This document shows, piece by piece, positions 8,617-17,704 of a DNA stretch of 64,000 bases. The position numbers and the translations under genes were made by a program. Where the stretch lies: assembly GCA_965243025.1 (NCBI GenBank), contig CBDETY010000003.1:4096001-4160000 (forward strand), given 5' to 3'. Origin of the DNA: Candidatus Latescibacterota bacterium (GTDB lineage Bacteria > Latescibacterota > UBA2968 > UBA8231). Position 1 is the first letter of the stretch, and every line of letters begins with the position of its first letter. Under the pieces are notes generated by a model. That model searched no databases, had not been told where the DNA came from, and worked only from the letters and a program-made list of their open reading frames with translations.

Positions 8617-9249
8617 CTAAGCATCAATTTCGAGAATCATATCCAATGACTCTTTCCCACTACTTGTACAGAACTGTCCAACCTGCCTGAACCCGCACTT
8701 TCGATAAAAGTGAATAGCACGAGCGTTGGAGCGGAATACGCCCCCGAGAAGAATGATCCTTCGTTTTCCAAATCTTCTTGCCAATTCTGCTAATCGTGGA
8801 AACACAGCGCTTCCGATTCCCCGGCTTTGGTACTCATCCGCAAGGCAAGGAGCAAATCGGCAATCGCTTTCACGATTCAGATGGAAGTCGTAGTTCCCAA
8901 ACCGAACAACATCTTCGGCGGTAATATCGAAACTGTATTCCAAGAGTCCAATTATGCAATTAAATTGAGCAAGCACAAACCTGAGTTTGTCGTAACAGCC
9001 GATTGCGGCGCACATATCGGCGGCGCTCTCATCATACCGACATACTTCCCACGTCTCGGGCTTCAAATTCGAAAAAAACGATGCGAGAGAATCCAGATCA
9101 GCGTGTACCAATGGTCGCAGAACGAACGACAGATCAAAGCCTAACCTGATCTCTTCTGAGAATTCCTCAGGATTTCGGGAAATGTCTGAAAGAGTGAGAC
9201 TAAAAACAGAATCCTCAGAGTGGACCCGTTGTTTGTCATACATGGGCAT
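8617..9249 (-). CDS. GNAT N-acetyltransferase (cassette gene)
   Basis: LADEYQSRGIGS, NARAIHFYRKCGF. Start placed just inside the att core. Confidence 0.85.
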   Translation of the reverse strand: MPMYDKQRVHSEDSVFSLTLSDISRNPEEFSEEIRLGFDLSFVLRPLVHADLDSLASFFSNLKPETWEVCRYDESAADMCAAIGCYDKLRFVLAQFNCIIGLLEYSFDITAEDVVRFGNYDFHLNRESDCRFAPCLADEYQSRGIGSAVFPRLAELARRFGKRRIILLGGVFRSNARAIHFYRKCGFRQVGQFCTSSGKESLDMILEIDA

Positions 9250-9252
9250 TTC

Positions 9253-9378
9253 TGATAACGTTTTATCGGTTTGGAAAGGCCTCTCCCCAAGCGGTGCCCA
9301 AGGCCAAGGCGCCATTGGCGCCGTAGCTGAAAATCGTGCTGTTATTCGATGTGCTGAAGCGGCAGCCGGGTGTTATGT
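9253..9378. repeat. attC-like site plus a second stacked right arm
   Basis: TGATAAC...GTTATTC (9341-9347), then GAAGCGGCAGCCGGGT-GTTATGT (9372-9378). Confidence 0.8.
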
Positions 9379-9410
9379 GACGTGGCCCCGAATGGACGAT
9401 TGGTTCCCGG

Positions 9411-10220
9411 TTATTTGTCAGCGCTCGTGTGTATTTCACAGGCCCTCATGAACCTCGGCACGTCAGCGCAGTTCGTTGACCGACAGTGCATCAGGAGTGG
9501 ATGGCCGATCATGGCGTCACCGGGCTTCCCGGTCAACTCAATGATGCGGACGGGAAATCCATTAACATCAGTCGTTTGATCCATCAACCGGCTGACGCGA
9601 GTAATGGGGTTCTCGCTTGCTTGGGTCAGTTCCATGAGCCATGGATGAGTGCTGAAGAACCTTTTCTTGATTTTCCTGCCGTTCCGGGAAAACAAGCTCT
9701 TCTCTTGCGTACGGTAGAAGTGCCTTATCAACCGATGACTCCCGTCGGCTATGTGCGTTCCACCGCCGTGAGATCGGACCTCGGTAATGAACGAGAAATT
9801 CAAAAGCCCATCAAGCTTTTCTACGTTGCGGAAGCCCGAGTTGTGCCAGTGCCAATTCCGGCTGGCGACATTCCACTGTTCATCGAGGGCTTCGGGAAAC
9901 GAGAACACAAGACTGCCCCAGTCTCGGGGTTTCTCCCAACAACCCTTTTCCAACAGCTGATCAATTGCTGATACGAATTTCGCTGATACTGCATCGCGAA
10001 ATACGCGGGTAGATCGAACCGTACGGCTCAGCCCACCTGTCTGATTACGCTCCCAGGTGGCGAGGTCGTTCCGCATGATACCATGCCGTTCCAACCAACG
10101 CCAGACAATGTCCTCCATCTGCCGGCAGTCCACTGGATCAAATGCACCGGGAAAAATGATGTAGCCATGTGTCTCGAAGTGGTCGAGGTCATCCTGTGAG
10201 AGAACTTTTTCTTCTGCCAT
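9411..10220 (-). CDS. Phytanoyl-CoA dioxygenase (PhyH) family protein (cassette gene)
   Basis: LDHFETHGYII, WHWH, GGGTHIADGSH, GKPGDAMIGHPLLMH. Confidence 0.85.
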   Translation of the reverse strand: MAEEKVLSQDDLDHFETHGYIIFPGAFDPVDCRQMEDIVWRWLERHGIMRNDLATWERNQTGGLSRTVRSTRVFRDAVSAKFVSAIDQLLEKGCWEKPRDWGSLVFSFPEALDEQWNVASRNWHWHNSGFRNVEKLDGLLNFSFITEVRSHGGGTHIADGSHRLIRHFYRTQEKSLFSRNGRKIKKRFFSTHPWLMELTQASENPITRVSRLMDQTTDVNGFPVRIIELTGKPGDAMIGHPLLMHCRSTNCADVPRFMRACEIHTSADK

Positions 10221-10269
10221 TATACTTGGTGGAGGCAAGATTACATCCAGCGGTAGTTATTCCATTTCA

Positions 10270-10356
10270 GGTAAACATTTCGCCGGTTTTCAAATCTGCG
10301 AATCGGGTTGCCGAAGACCATGGAGCGTACCTACGTAGCGCAATTCGCTGTTGGAC
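10270..10356. repeat. attC-like site
   Basis: GGTAAAC...GGTTGCCGAAG...GTTGGAC. The right end GTTGGACGAC matches the cassette start GTTAGGCGAC. Confidence 0.75.
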
Positions 10357-10382
10357 GACGTGGGGAAAAATTCGTGACAAGG

Positions 10383-10925
10383 CTAGTTCAAAAGTAGTGT
10401 GCCCGGGACTCGAAGAATCTCGCACTTTTTGAACGTACCTTTGTCGTATGTCAATCTTACCCCTTCGCAATAGTTACATGAAGGTCCCCAAGTTTCATGG
10501 TCCGCACCGGGCACGCAACGAACTGCACTGGCTTCGATAAAACCCCCATGAGAAACCAACAGTGCTCGGCCGCCTTCCTGGAGCGACCGGGCTACGTCGA
10601 GGTGGAACTCGGCCAGTTGGTCCGCCAGATTTGCCACAACGCTGCCTGGGTATTGACGGATATAAGAAGAAAAGTCCCCAAATCCTGCGTCGAAGAAAAC
10701 CTCCACATCTTGGGGCATGGAAGCGAGCAGTTCGACCTGTTGGTCGACCGCAAATCCCATGGCAATGCTGGTTTCAAATGCGCGAGGGGCGGTACTCGTG
10801 TAGACCATGTCGAATGCGGTCATCTCCTCTCCAACTCGCCTGGCAAGATTAACCCCGTCTTGAGAAAGATGCTGTCCCGGTTTCCCCCTCATTGAGTGTC
10901 GTCGATGTTCAATGAATCTCCCCAT
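10383..10925 (-). CDS. Histidine phosphatase family protein (cassette gene)
   Basis: RRHS (RHG-like), VYTSTAPRAFET, LLVSHGGFI. Confidence 0.8.
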   Translation of the reverse strand: MGRFIEHRRHSMRGKPGQHLSQDGVNLARRVGEEMTAFDMVYTSTAPRAFETSIAMGFAVDQQVELLASMPQDVEVFFDAGFGDFSSYIRQYPGSVVANLADQLAEFHLDVARSLQEGGRALLVSHGGFIEASAVRCVPGADHETWGPSCNYCEGVRLTYDKGTFKKCEILRVPGTLLLN

Positions 10926-10936
10926 TCAGAGTTACC

Positions 10937-11344
10937 TCAGTCGGTTAAATGGTTCTCGTCCATGTCGCCTAACGTCTCCCGGTCTGCGACCCGCGCAGCC
11001 GGTTGCCGAAGGCCAACCGTGACCTTGTCGGCCTTCGCCGCCTCTCCTTGCAAACCTGGCGTATGGAGGACAAAGTGGTAATGGTCCTCGGAACAGGACA
11101 AGAACGTGTGCACCTCCCGCGGTTCGATGATGACGCCCGATTTCTCGGCAAAGTATAACTCCTCACCTTCGACAAGCATTGTGGCGTCGCCCTGCGCAAA
11201 CAGATAGATCTCGGTGGTAGTTTTATGGGAATGGGGTTCATTTATGGCGATGTTCGCATAACCGATCGAAATGTTAAGGTCTGAGTCCCAAGGCCCTACA
11301 AACCAGCCCTTGTCCATGTTTGTATCCGGCTCAATGATTCTCAC
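10937..11344 (-). CDS. Cupin-domain protein, paralogue of 19390-19725, reading through a half att site
   Basis: HxH...E...H cupin motif. About 19 differences in ~109 aa against the 19.4 kb copy (hand count). Native stop lost. Confidence 0.8.
   Translation of the reverse strand: MRIIEPDTNMDKGWFVGPWDSDLNISIGYANIAINEPHSHKTTTEIYLFAQGDATMLVEGEELYFAEKSGVIIEPREVHTFLSCSEDHYHFVLHTPGLQGEAAKADKVTVGLRQPAARVADRETLGDMDENHLTD
10967..11016. repeat. Half attC-like site (left arm only)
   Basis: GCCTAAC-GTC...CCGCGCAGCCGGTTGCCGAAGGCCAA joined directly to cupin coding sequence. Confidence 0.8.
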
Positions 11345-11373
11345 TAATTTTGCCCTCCAGCTCGTTGCATTTC

Positions 11374-11455
11374 GAATAGGTTTCGCCATGCACCAAGCGG
11401 CGAACCAGTTGGTGAAAACGCGCCAGCGCAAAAGCCGGACACGGACGTGTTATAT
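11374..11455. repeat. attC-like site
   Basis: GAATAG-GTTTCGCC...GTTATAT. The left flank is nearly identical to the flank at 19741-19761. Confidence 0.75.
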
Positions 11456-11479
11456 GTCGTGCCTCCGTCGCACCGAGGA

Positions 11480-12082
11480 TCACTTGCTCTCCTTCAGTCG
11501 ATGCAAATGGGAGGCATTGTTGTATTGGACAAGGGTCCAGATTCCGTCGGCCAGAGACCATTCCGTAATGCCTGTATTCAAAGGATCCAGCCAGACCTTG
11601 GTCCCGGTTCCTGAAAAAAGCATTTTCGTTGAGCCGACGATGAATCCGCCATGAGTCACTGCTACTACTGTCTGTCCGTTGAATCGCTCCGAGTAGGACA
11701 ACAACGTCGATCGTGCTCTGTCAAACAGCTCCTGGAAGGTTTCGGCGCCCGGAGGCGGGGAATCTCCGTACTTTGCCTGGATCCCGGAGGTGGTGAGACC
11801 CTCGGCTTGTCCCAGTCGCAGCTCACAAAGATCTGGATCCTCGGTTACGCATTGGGCCGGCAGTACATCCAACAGGATCTTTGCGGTCTGACGCGCCCGT
11901 GCAATAGTGCTGCTGAGCAGTGTTTCACAATCGGAGAATTCACCTGATTCTCGGATATGTGTCGCAAGCGCATAAACTTGCTCCCTGCCCAAGTCCGTGA
12001 GGCCCGAGCACGTGCGCTCACCGGAGTTCGTCTCGGTAAGCTGGTCCTTGCTTTGTCCGTGCCTGACGAGTACCAGTCGCAT
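11480..12082 (-). CDS. Histidine phosphatase family protein (cassette gene)
   Basis: LVLVRHGQS, SSTIARARQTA, VTHGGFI. Confidence 0.9.
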   Translation of the reverse strand: MRLVLVRHGQSKDQLTETNSGERTCSGLTDLGREQVYALATHIRESGEFSDCETLLSSTIARARQTAKILLDVLPAQCVTEDPDLCELRLGQAEGLTTSGIQAKYGDSPPPGAETFQELFDRARSTLLSYSERFNGQTVVAVTHGGFIVGSTKMLFSGTGTKVWLDPLNTGITEWSLADGIWTLVQYNNASHLHRLKESK

Positions 12083-12120
12083 TGGATGCCAGTGTCCCCT
12101 CGCAGAGATAGAGATTCGAG

Positions 12121-12226
12121 AAAATCCGTTCCGTGAGTGGGCCCCATTCCGATTGAGAAGGCGGAAGGCGACCCTCTTAAGGATGTAGCCGACGCCGAAG
12201 GCCGCTTGGCCAAGAGTGCCGTACCT
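12121..12226. repeat. attC-like site (degenerate)
   Basis: Internal GCCGAAGGC. The right end CGTACCTGCC matches the cassette start ATTACCTGCC at 13396-13405. Confidence 0.55.
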
Positions 12227-12271
12227 GCCTGTGCCAGTTTGAGAATCGGCATAGAACAGCGACAGCCTCCC

Positions 12272-13369
12272 TCACGGCGTCTCCAGAATCTTGAGCGCGG
12301 CCTCGATCTGCGCCACGGCGTCACGGTCGGCCTTCAACGCCTGGGCGATGAGGGAGCGGATTTCGACGCGCTGCCGGGGGGTGAAAATCTGGGGCTCGTG
12401 CTTTGTGGCAGCAACGCACAAGTCGAAGATTGAGGTGATGGATTCGACCTCTCGGTCATAGTGAGCGGCTGCTGCTTCCAGCGGTTCGGCGGCGGCCGGA
12501 TAGACACCGGCAAGCTCCCGCAAGTAGGCGGCCGCGGCTTCCCTTCGCTGTTTCAGGGTTTCTGTGTGCAGGAACGTGGCATTCAGCTTTACGTCAGATT
12601 CGAACGCTTCCTGCCAGAGCTCGTAGGCGGCGAATCCGTAGGGTTTTTTCAGGCGGTCGTGGCGAGTTCCGTTCGCGAAGGCGACGGCATTGCGGAGCGA
12701 GGTGAGGTGAAGCGCGTTGTCGTCAAGGTCTTTCCGCTCGAAGATGCCGACGCGGAACCAATCGCTCGGGTCCCCGAACCCGATGGCGTCAAAGCGGACC
12801 GGGTAGTCGAGCTTCTCGGCCGGTTGGCGGATCAGATAGGTTTGACCTCCTGGGTTGTAGCCGACGATCAGTCCCCAGCATGCGAATCGGACCTTACCCC
12901 TCTGCTCCAGGCTCAGCGGAGCCCAGACGAGGCTGGGGAGTCCGTCCTCCAGGCTGGCGACGACTGCGTCTCGTGCTTCGGCCTTGAGCGCAGGGAGATC
13001 AACGTCCGAGTTCTTGTCCGCATCATAGACTTTCGCCTGACCAAAGATGTCGAGGACGTGCATGGCCAGGCCCCAATCGAGATCGTCGTCGAAGACCTTC
13101 CCGCCCCCTTCCTGCATCCGGAAGTAGAAGGCGTATCCCGTCAGCGCTTCCAGTCGAGGGATCGACCAGCCCTGTTGCCCGAGAGCCGGCAGCAGTGCGT
13201 ACATCGCGCAGACGAGGGTGGAACGGGAATCCTTGTTCATGACCGGCATCTCGACGTCTGGCAGGACGGTTCGGGACACGGCTCCCTCCGGGGGTTCTTC
13301 TCGTTCGTGGGCGAGGATGGGCGAGAGGAGGAGGATTGAGGCGCCTATGATGGATGTCAGGGTTTTCAT
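12272..13369 (-). CDS. Secreted hypothetical protein (cassette gene), possibly a papain/BtrH-like fold
   Basis: Signal-peptide-like N-terminus, SLEDGLPSLVW...WGLIVGY. GC content higher than its neighbours. Confidence 0.7.
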   Translation of the reverse strand: MKTLTSIIGASILLLSPILAHEREEPPEGAVSRTVLPDVEMPVMNKDSRSTLVCAMYALLPALGQQGWSIPRLEALTGYAFYFRMQEGGGKVFDDDLDWGLAMHVLDIFGQAKVYDADKNSDVDLPALKAEARDAVVASLEDGLPSLVWAPLSLEQRGKVRFACWGLIVGYNPGGQTYLIRQPAEKLDYPVRFDAIGFGDPSDWFRVGIFERKDLDDNALHLTSLRNAVAFANGTRHDRLKKPYGFAAYELWQEAFESDVKLNATFLHTETLKQRREAAAAYLRELAGVYPAAAEPLEAAAAHYDREVESITSIFDLCVAATKHEPQIFTPRQRVEIRSLIAQALKADRDAVAQIEAALKILETP

Positions 13370-13398
13370 GGGTCTCTCTTTGTGGGCACTGCCATGGC

Positions 13399-13478
13399 AG
13401 GTAATGTTTGTGCCCCCCGCACCGCGAAGTGGTTGGGCGAAGGGCCGAATGGTTCAAAGACGGGGCACGATGTCAACC
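13399..13478. repeat. attC-like site
   Basis: AGGTAAT...GTGCCCC/GGGGCAC...GTCAACC. Close paralogue of the 19755-19833 site. Confidence 0.85.
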
Positions 13479-13526
13479 GCTGCTTTGTCCTCGGGTAACG
13501 AACGGATCGCGATTCAACCGCGACAT
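13473..13526 (-). CDS. 17-aa micro-ORF in a minimal cassette (MSRLNRDPFVTRGQSSG)
   Basis: AAGGGGGA RBS about 10 nt upstream, stop TGA inside the att core, att sites on both sides with matching ends. Confidence 0.45.
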   Translation of the reverse strand: MSRLNRDPFVTRGQSSG

Positions 13527-13546
13527 TACTACGATTTCCCCCTTGT

Positions 13547-13631
13547 GGTTAACGTTCCCGCTGTGCACGAACTGTCGCAGGCAGTTGGGCGAAGGCCGAA
13601 TTGACCGAAACCGCACACGGGCTTGTTGTCG
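13547..13631. repeat. attC-like site
   Basis: GGTTAAC...CCCG-CTGTGC/GCACACGGG...GTTGTCG, internal GTTGGGCGAAGGCCGAA. Confidence 0.85.
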
Positions 13632-13722
13632 GCTGCCGCTTCGGGGTATTTCAGTCACGTTCGGTCCTTCAGATTACGGCGGCATCAGAGCGTACACCAT
13701 AGACCAAGTGTCTCTCCTGTTC

Positions 13723-14235
13723 TTACTCGTTCAATAGGCCGGCAGCAATGAGGGCACGATGGTGCAGCGGTAGAAAAACGTCAGATTCAAACTCCGAAAG
13801 AATTCGTTCAGGCTGAACCAGTTTGCGTGCCAGGGTTTCGTGTTCGGGAGCCCACTCATTGAGCTCGACTTTCGCCAGCCAGATGGAGCGAACCAGCACC
13901 AGCCCCTTTTCGTGTCCCCTGATGCATTCTCCGCGCGAGAACCCCAGTAGCTTTGCCTCTCTGACCTCGACGCATGCTTCCTCTCTCATCTCCCGCCGCA
14001 GGGTTTCTTCCCAAGACTCACTTCCTTCCGGTCTGCCTGCCGGGAATCCCCACGTTTCCCCATCTTGCGTAGCCAGCACAACTTCGCCGTTGCCTGTCAG
14101 GCAAATACCACCAGAACCGTGGCGTTGTCCTTCTGGCACATCGTGAGGAGGAAACCAAGTGACGCGAACATCCTGTCCACCCGTTTCTACCTGAAATGCT
14201 TCGTATTCGATAGCTGGTCTCGGTGCCTCAGACAT
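13723..14235 (-). CDS. NUDIX hydrolase (cassette gene)
   Basis: Nudix box AGRPEGSESWEETLRREMREEAC. Start moved to MSEAPR. Confidence 0.9.
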   Translation of the reverse strand: MSEAPRPAIEYEAFQVETGGQDVRVTWFPPHDVPEGQRHGSGGICLTGNGEVVLATQDGETWGFPAGRPEGSESWEETLRREMREEACVEVREAKLLGFSRGECIRGHEKGLVLVRSIWLAKVELNEWAPEHETLARKLVQPERILSEFESDVFLPLHHRALIAAGLLNE

Positions 14236-14388
14236 CCCGTGCCTTTCCTCAGAAAGTGGTACTCCTCGGTCCTGTATGAAAATAGCACGGATCAAACCAG
14301 GATGTGTGAGCGTATCAGCTGACCCTGACCCAAGCTGCCGAAGCCGGCGCGGTGACAACAGGTTGTCAAGCGACAAATGAATCCCTTA

Positions 14389-15693
14389 TTACCCACCAAC
14401 CATAGAGATCTCGGTTCGGAGCACGCGAAGGCCGGCTTCCAAGATGCGGTCTGTGTCGCCTCGGTTTTCGCCCCCAAGCGTCAGATCGACCACGACATCG
14501 GGCACATAACCCGTTCGAGAGATGGGTTGGAATGCGCCCTCCTTCAGCACGCCATTCTGAATCTTCTCTCCGGTAATTTGAAACCCCAAATTCGTACCCG
14601 GCATCTGCCGCCAAAACACGCCGCCTTCCAGACCTGCCATCTTGAGACCAACCGTTCGCGCCCTACCGAGTGCGCTCAGACTGATCGCCAGCCCCTCACC
14701 CGCGCTGCCTGTCCAGGGTCCGACCAGAACCACAAGAGGATTAAGATACTGGAACGCCCCCCGGGGCTCGACGTAACTGAAGCGATATCGGCCAGAGCGG
14801 TCTTGTGTCTTTTGGTAAGCGGCCTTTGAATCAAGAAAACGACCGGCAATACGTTCAAGAACCGCCGTGTTGCCGCCGCCAACTCGCCTGAGATCGATTA
14901 TGAGACCCCCGGCCGCGCCAAGTTCCTCAAGAGTCGAATCGAAAACTCCTACTACCGAGTCATCGCCCAGAGAATCGTTGAATCTGATGTAGCCGACGCC
15001 ACCTGGGAGCCATCTGCTATCGAGTTGGGTCGCATGCTGATGACTGTAGATACGGTCGAAAGTGCCAGATTTAACCGCAAAGACAAGCTCCTGAGCTTCT
15101 CGCTGGACCCTGACCTGCCTGTCGATGCCTCGGTATCCCGCGAGAACCCTGTTCAACGCCAAATTGCGCATTCCAGATGTTATTTCTACCGCTGCTACCG
15201 GTAGTCGAGAATCTACCAGCTCTTCGATTGGCGTGTTGCCGAGGTCAATCACGATGTCGCCTGGCCGCAGGCCACTCGTGTCTGCCGCAAATCCTGCCCG
15301 TACCGCCTTGATTACTGCCCGCCCCGCCTCCCAACGAGCATGCAAATCTGATCGAGCCGGTACGATTCGCGGGGAGGTCGATGTGTTGGCCGTGAGGTGG
15401 ACGTGGTTGTCGCACAGCTCCTCCAAGACCCGTTCGACAACCGCCATGAAGGAATCAAGCGTAGCGGCAGTTTCAACCTGACGGAAGTAGTGCCCCCTGA
15501 CCTTCTGCCAATCTACGGGTACGTCCTCGAAATAGGCATACTCGTTGCTGAAGGAATCCAAAAGGAACTCGAAATCCTCGACGAAGTCAGCTTTGGAGAA
15601 CTCCTGATTTCCTTCGCTCAATCTCGGCACAGCTACCAGAAGGCCTGCGATCAAACTCCCAAGTGTCCAAATTGTGCACGAAGTCGGTCCCAC
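14389..15693 (-). CDS. S41 (C-terminal processing) peptidase with PDZ domain (cassette gene)
   Basis: GLRPGDIV, VGYIRFN, LIIDLRRVGGG, TGSAGE, plus a signal peptide. Confidence 0.9.
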   Translation of the reverse strand: MGPTSCTIWTLGSLIAGLLVAVPRLSEGNQEFSKADFVEDFEFLLDSFSNEYAYFEDVPVDWQKVRGHYFRQVETAATLDSFMAVVERVLEELCDNHVHLTANTSTSPRIVPARSDLHARWEAGRAVIKAVRAGFAADTSGLRPGDIVIDLGNTPIEELVDSRLPVAAVEITSGMRNLALNRVLAGYRGIDRQVRVQREAQELVFAVKSGTFDRIYSHQHATQLDSRWLPGGVGYIRFNDSLGDDSVVGVFDSTLEELGAAGGLIIDLRRVGGGNTAVLERIAGRFLDSKAAYQKTQDRSGRYRFSYVEPRGAFQYLNPLVVLVGPWTGSAGEGLAISLSALGRARTVGLKMAGLEGGVFWRQMPGTNLGFQITGEKIQNGVLKEGAFQPISRTGYVPDVVVDLTLGGENRGDTDRILEAGLRVLRTEISMVGG

Positions 15694-15698
15694 TTTTT

Positions 15699-15792
15699 GC
15701 TTGATGTTTCGCCGGTTTGCGAACCTGCCGAAGCGGGCGCAGGTTGGGGCCGAGGCGCGAATGCGCCGGAGCCGCTGCCGGGCGTGTCAGGC
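15699..15792. repeat. attC-like site
   Basis: GCTTGAT-GTTTCGCCGGTTTGCGAAC...GTCAGGC. Left arm shared with the 23249 site. Confidence 0.75.
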
Positions 15793-15810
15793 GAAGCGGA
15801 ACTGATCGAA

Positions 15811-16563
15811 CTAGCGAAGTGCTGAAATGACGTCTGGCAGCTCTGCAAGCGAACTCACTGACAAATCAAAACGGCTTGGTTCACTATGCCCAACTTTGAC
15901 AGTCTTGAGACCGGCTTTGCGAGCTGAAGCAAGAGCAACTTCGCCATCGTCAACTACAATTACATTTGAGAGCTTCGCCCCCACGGCTTCAACAATCGCC
16001 GGATAGAACCGTTCATGGCCTTTCTGGAAGCCGATCAGATCTGACCCAAAAGGCTTTCCGATCAGGTTCCGCACTCCTAATCTGGGCAGGACGGTCTCAA
16101 TGATCCAAGCAGGATTCCCCGACGCCATGTGGATTTCAAAGTCATCGGAAAGCCTCTTTATAGCACCTGAGCTCCCCGGACAGATAGCTTCTGTATTCTC
16201 ATATAAATGTGTCAACGCCCGTTCTGCGACATCCACCCGCTCCTCAAAAGTTCGCGGTGCCTCGACCCCAACTATCCTGCAAAGCTCGACTATCCACTGG
16301 GCGTTGAGGCGGTCCCACCATCGAGCAAGATTTAAGCGACGCAGACCTCGGTCTTCTTTGTACTCCACAGATGCCTGCTTCCACACCTCTAACCAGACTT
16401 TTCGCTGATACAGAGCCCAGGCATGGCGATTGCCACCAAGCAGGGGAGTAAATGCGGACCCGGCCAATCGGGCAGACTCCGAGTCCCACTGTTCCTCATC
16501 CAGGATCACGCCGTCAAGGTCGAGGAGCAAGAAGTTGCGATTGGCCGGAGACATTGAGATCAT
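15811..16563 (-). CDS. HAD-family hydrolase (cassette gene)
   Basis: LLLDLDGVILD motif I, ASG motif II, VVDD motif IV. Confidence 0.85.
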   Translation of the reverse strand: MISMSPANRNFLLLDLDGVILDEEQWDSESARLAGSAFTPLLGGNRHAWALYQRKVWLEVWKQASVEYKEDRGLRRLNLARWWDRLNAQWIVELCRIVGVEAPRTFEERVDVAERALTHLYENTEAICPGSSGAIKRLSDDFEIHMASGNPAWIIETVLPRLGVRNLIGKPFGSDLIGFQKGHERFYPAIVEAVGAKLSNVIVVDDGEVALASARKAGLKTVKVGHSEPSRFDLSVSSLAELPDVISALR

Positions 16564-16617
16564 CAGGAGAGTTTGAATGGATGGCCGACCAGTTGGGCAA
16601 GAGTGCTCTCTGGCACG

Positions 16618-17439
16618 TCACTCTCCATCAGCGTTCGATGGCGACCGATGTTGGGCAAACAGCCAGCCCAGCAACCCTGGGGTATCGAACGCCAGGGGCC
16701 AGACCACATGGCCCGCTTCCGAAAATTCCGTGTATCTCGGGGCACTTCCCACTTCTTGCAGGGCCTTGATCATTGCGCGGGAGTTCGCGACGCGATAGCC
16801 GGTGTCCTTTGCGCCTTGGAAGGACCAGACCGGCACATGCGAAAGAGTAGCCGCCTGTTCGGGCAAGCCCTTCCCACACACTGGAATGGCCGCGGCAAAG
16901 GCGTTGGGCCGTGCAGCCATCAGCTCCCACGTACCTCCGCCCCCCATTGACTGACCCGTCACATAGACACGATCTGGATCGACCGGGAATTCGCTCAGCA
17001 CTTGATCAATGAGACCGAGTACGCGTCCACCCACCCCTTCTGACACGCGCCAGCTCGTCTCTGGGGGGCACTGGGGGACGAGAAGAAAACTGGGATAGGC
17101 CGTGCGGTTGGCCTCAGTGGCGAGAATCTGGGCCGCCCAGCAACCCCGGATCTGTTGCACATTGTCCATGCCCCGGCCTCCGGATCCCGACAGGCAGACA
17201 ACCAGAGGATATGATCTTTGGGGGACGTGATCCAGGGGCTTTAGGAGCCGGTAGAGCAGGGAATCACCCGAGGCAGTACGGTAAGTACGAGGTTCGAATT
17301 GTTGGGCTAATTCGGCAGCGTATTCGCCCCCGGCCTTGTGGCGTTCTTCAGCGGATGGTCCATCGGATGCCCTACCTGAGTGCACGTGCCCGAAGACCAG
17401 GGGCACCGCCAAGATCCCGAGGACATATTTGTTTGTCAT
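16618..17439 (-). CDS. Secreted alpha/beta hydrolase (esterase/predicted peptidase)
   Basis: YPLVVCL.G.GGRG.DN, VDPDRVYVTGQSMGGGGTW, plus a signal peptide. Confidence 0.9.
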   Translation of the reverse strand: MTNKYVLGILAVPLVFGHVHSGRASDGPSAEERHKAGGEYAAELAQQFEPRTYRTASGDSLLYRLLKPLDHVPQRSYPLVVCLSGSGGRGMDNVQQIRGCWAAQILATEANRTAYPSFLLVPQCPPETSWRVSEGVGGRVLGLIDQVLSEFPVDPDRVYVTGQSMGGGGTWELMAARPNAFAAAIPVCGKGLPEQAATLSHVPVWSFQGAKDTGYRVANSRAMIKALQEVGSAPRYTEFSEAGHVVWPLAFDTPGLLGWLFAQHRSPSNADGE

Positions 17440-17532
17440 AAGGGATTACAGGACAGTAGCGGGAACTGCAGTGTCTTAATCGTGAGCATTGCACAGTCAA
17501 TCTGAATAGACAGGCTCATTCTTTGCCATGTC

Positions 17533-17619
17533 TATATAGTTCTCGCCGTGCTCAAGCTGACGTAGCCAGTTACGGCGAAGGCGTCTCCGCGCCGTAGCCG
17601 GGCACCGTACGCGTTATAT
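17533..17619. repeat. attC-like site
   Basis: TATATAG...TACGGCGAAGG...GCCGTAG...GTTATAT. Confidence 0.7.
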
Positions 17620-17704
17620 GAAGGCGATGATTTACCCTCTATGTTTCAAGGGCGACCCTTAAGAGAATTCGACCTAACCTCCATCGAATTCTCTGAGATC
17701 GAGT

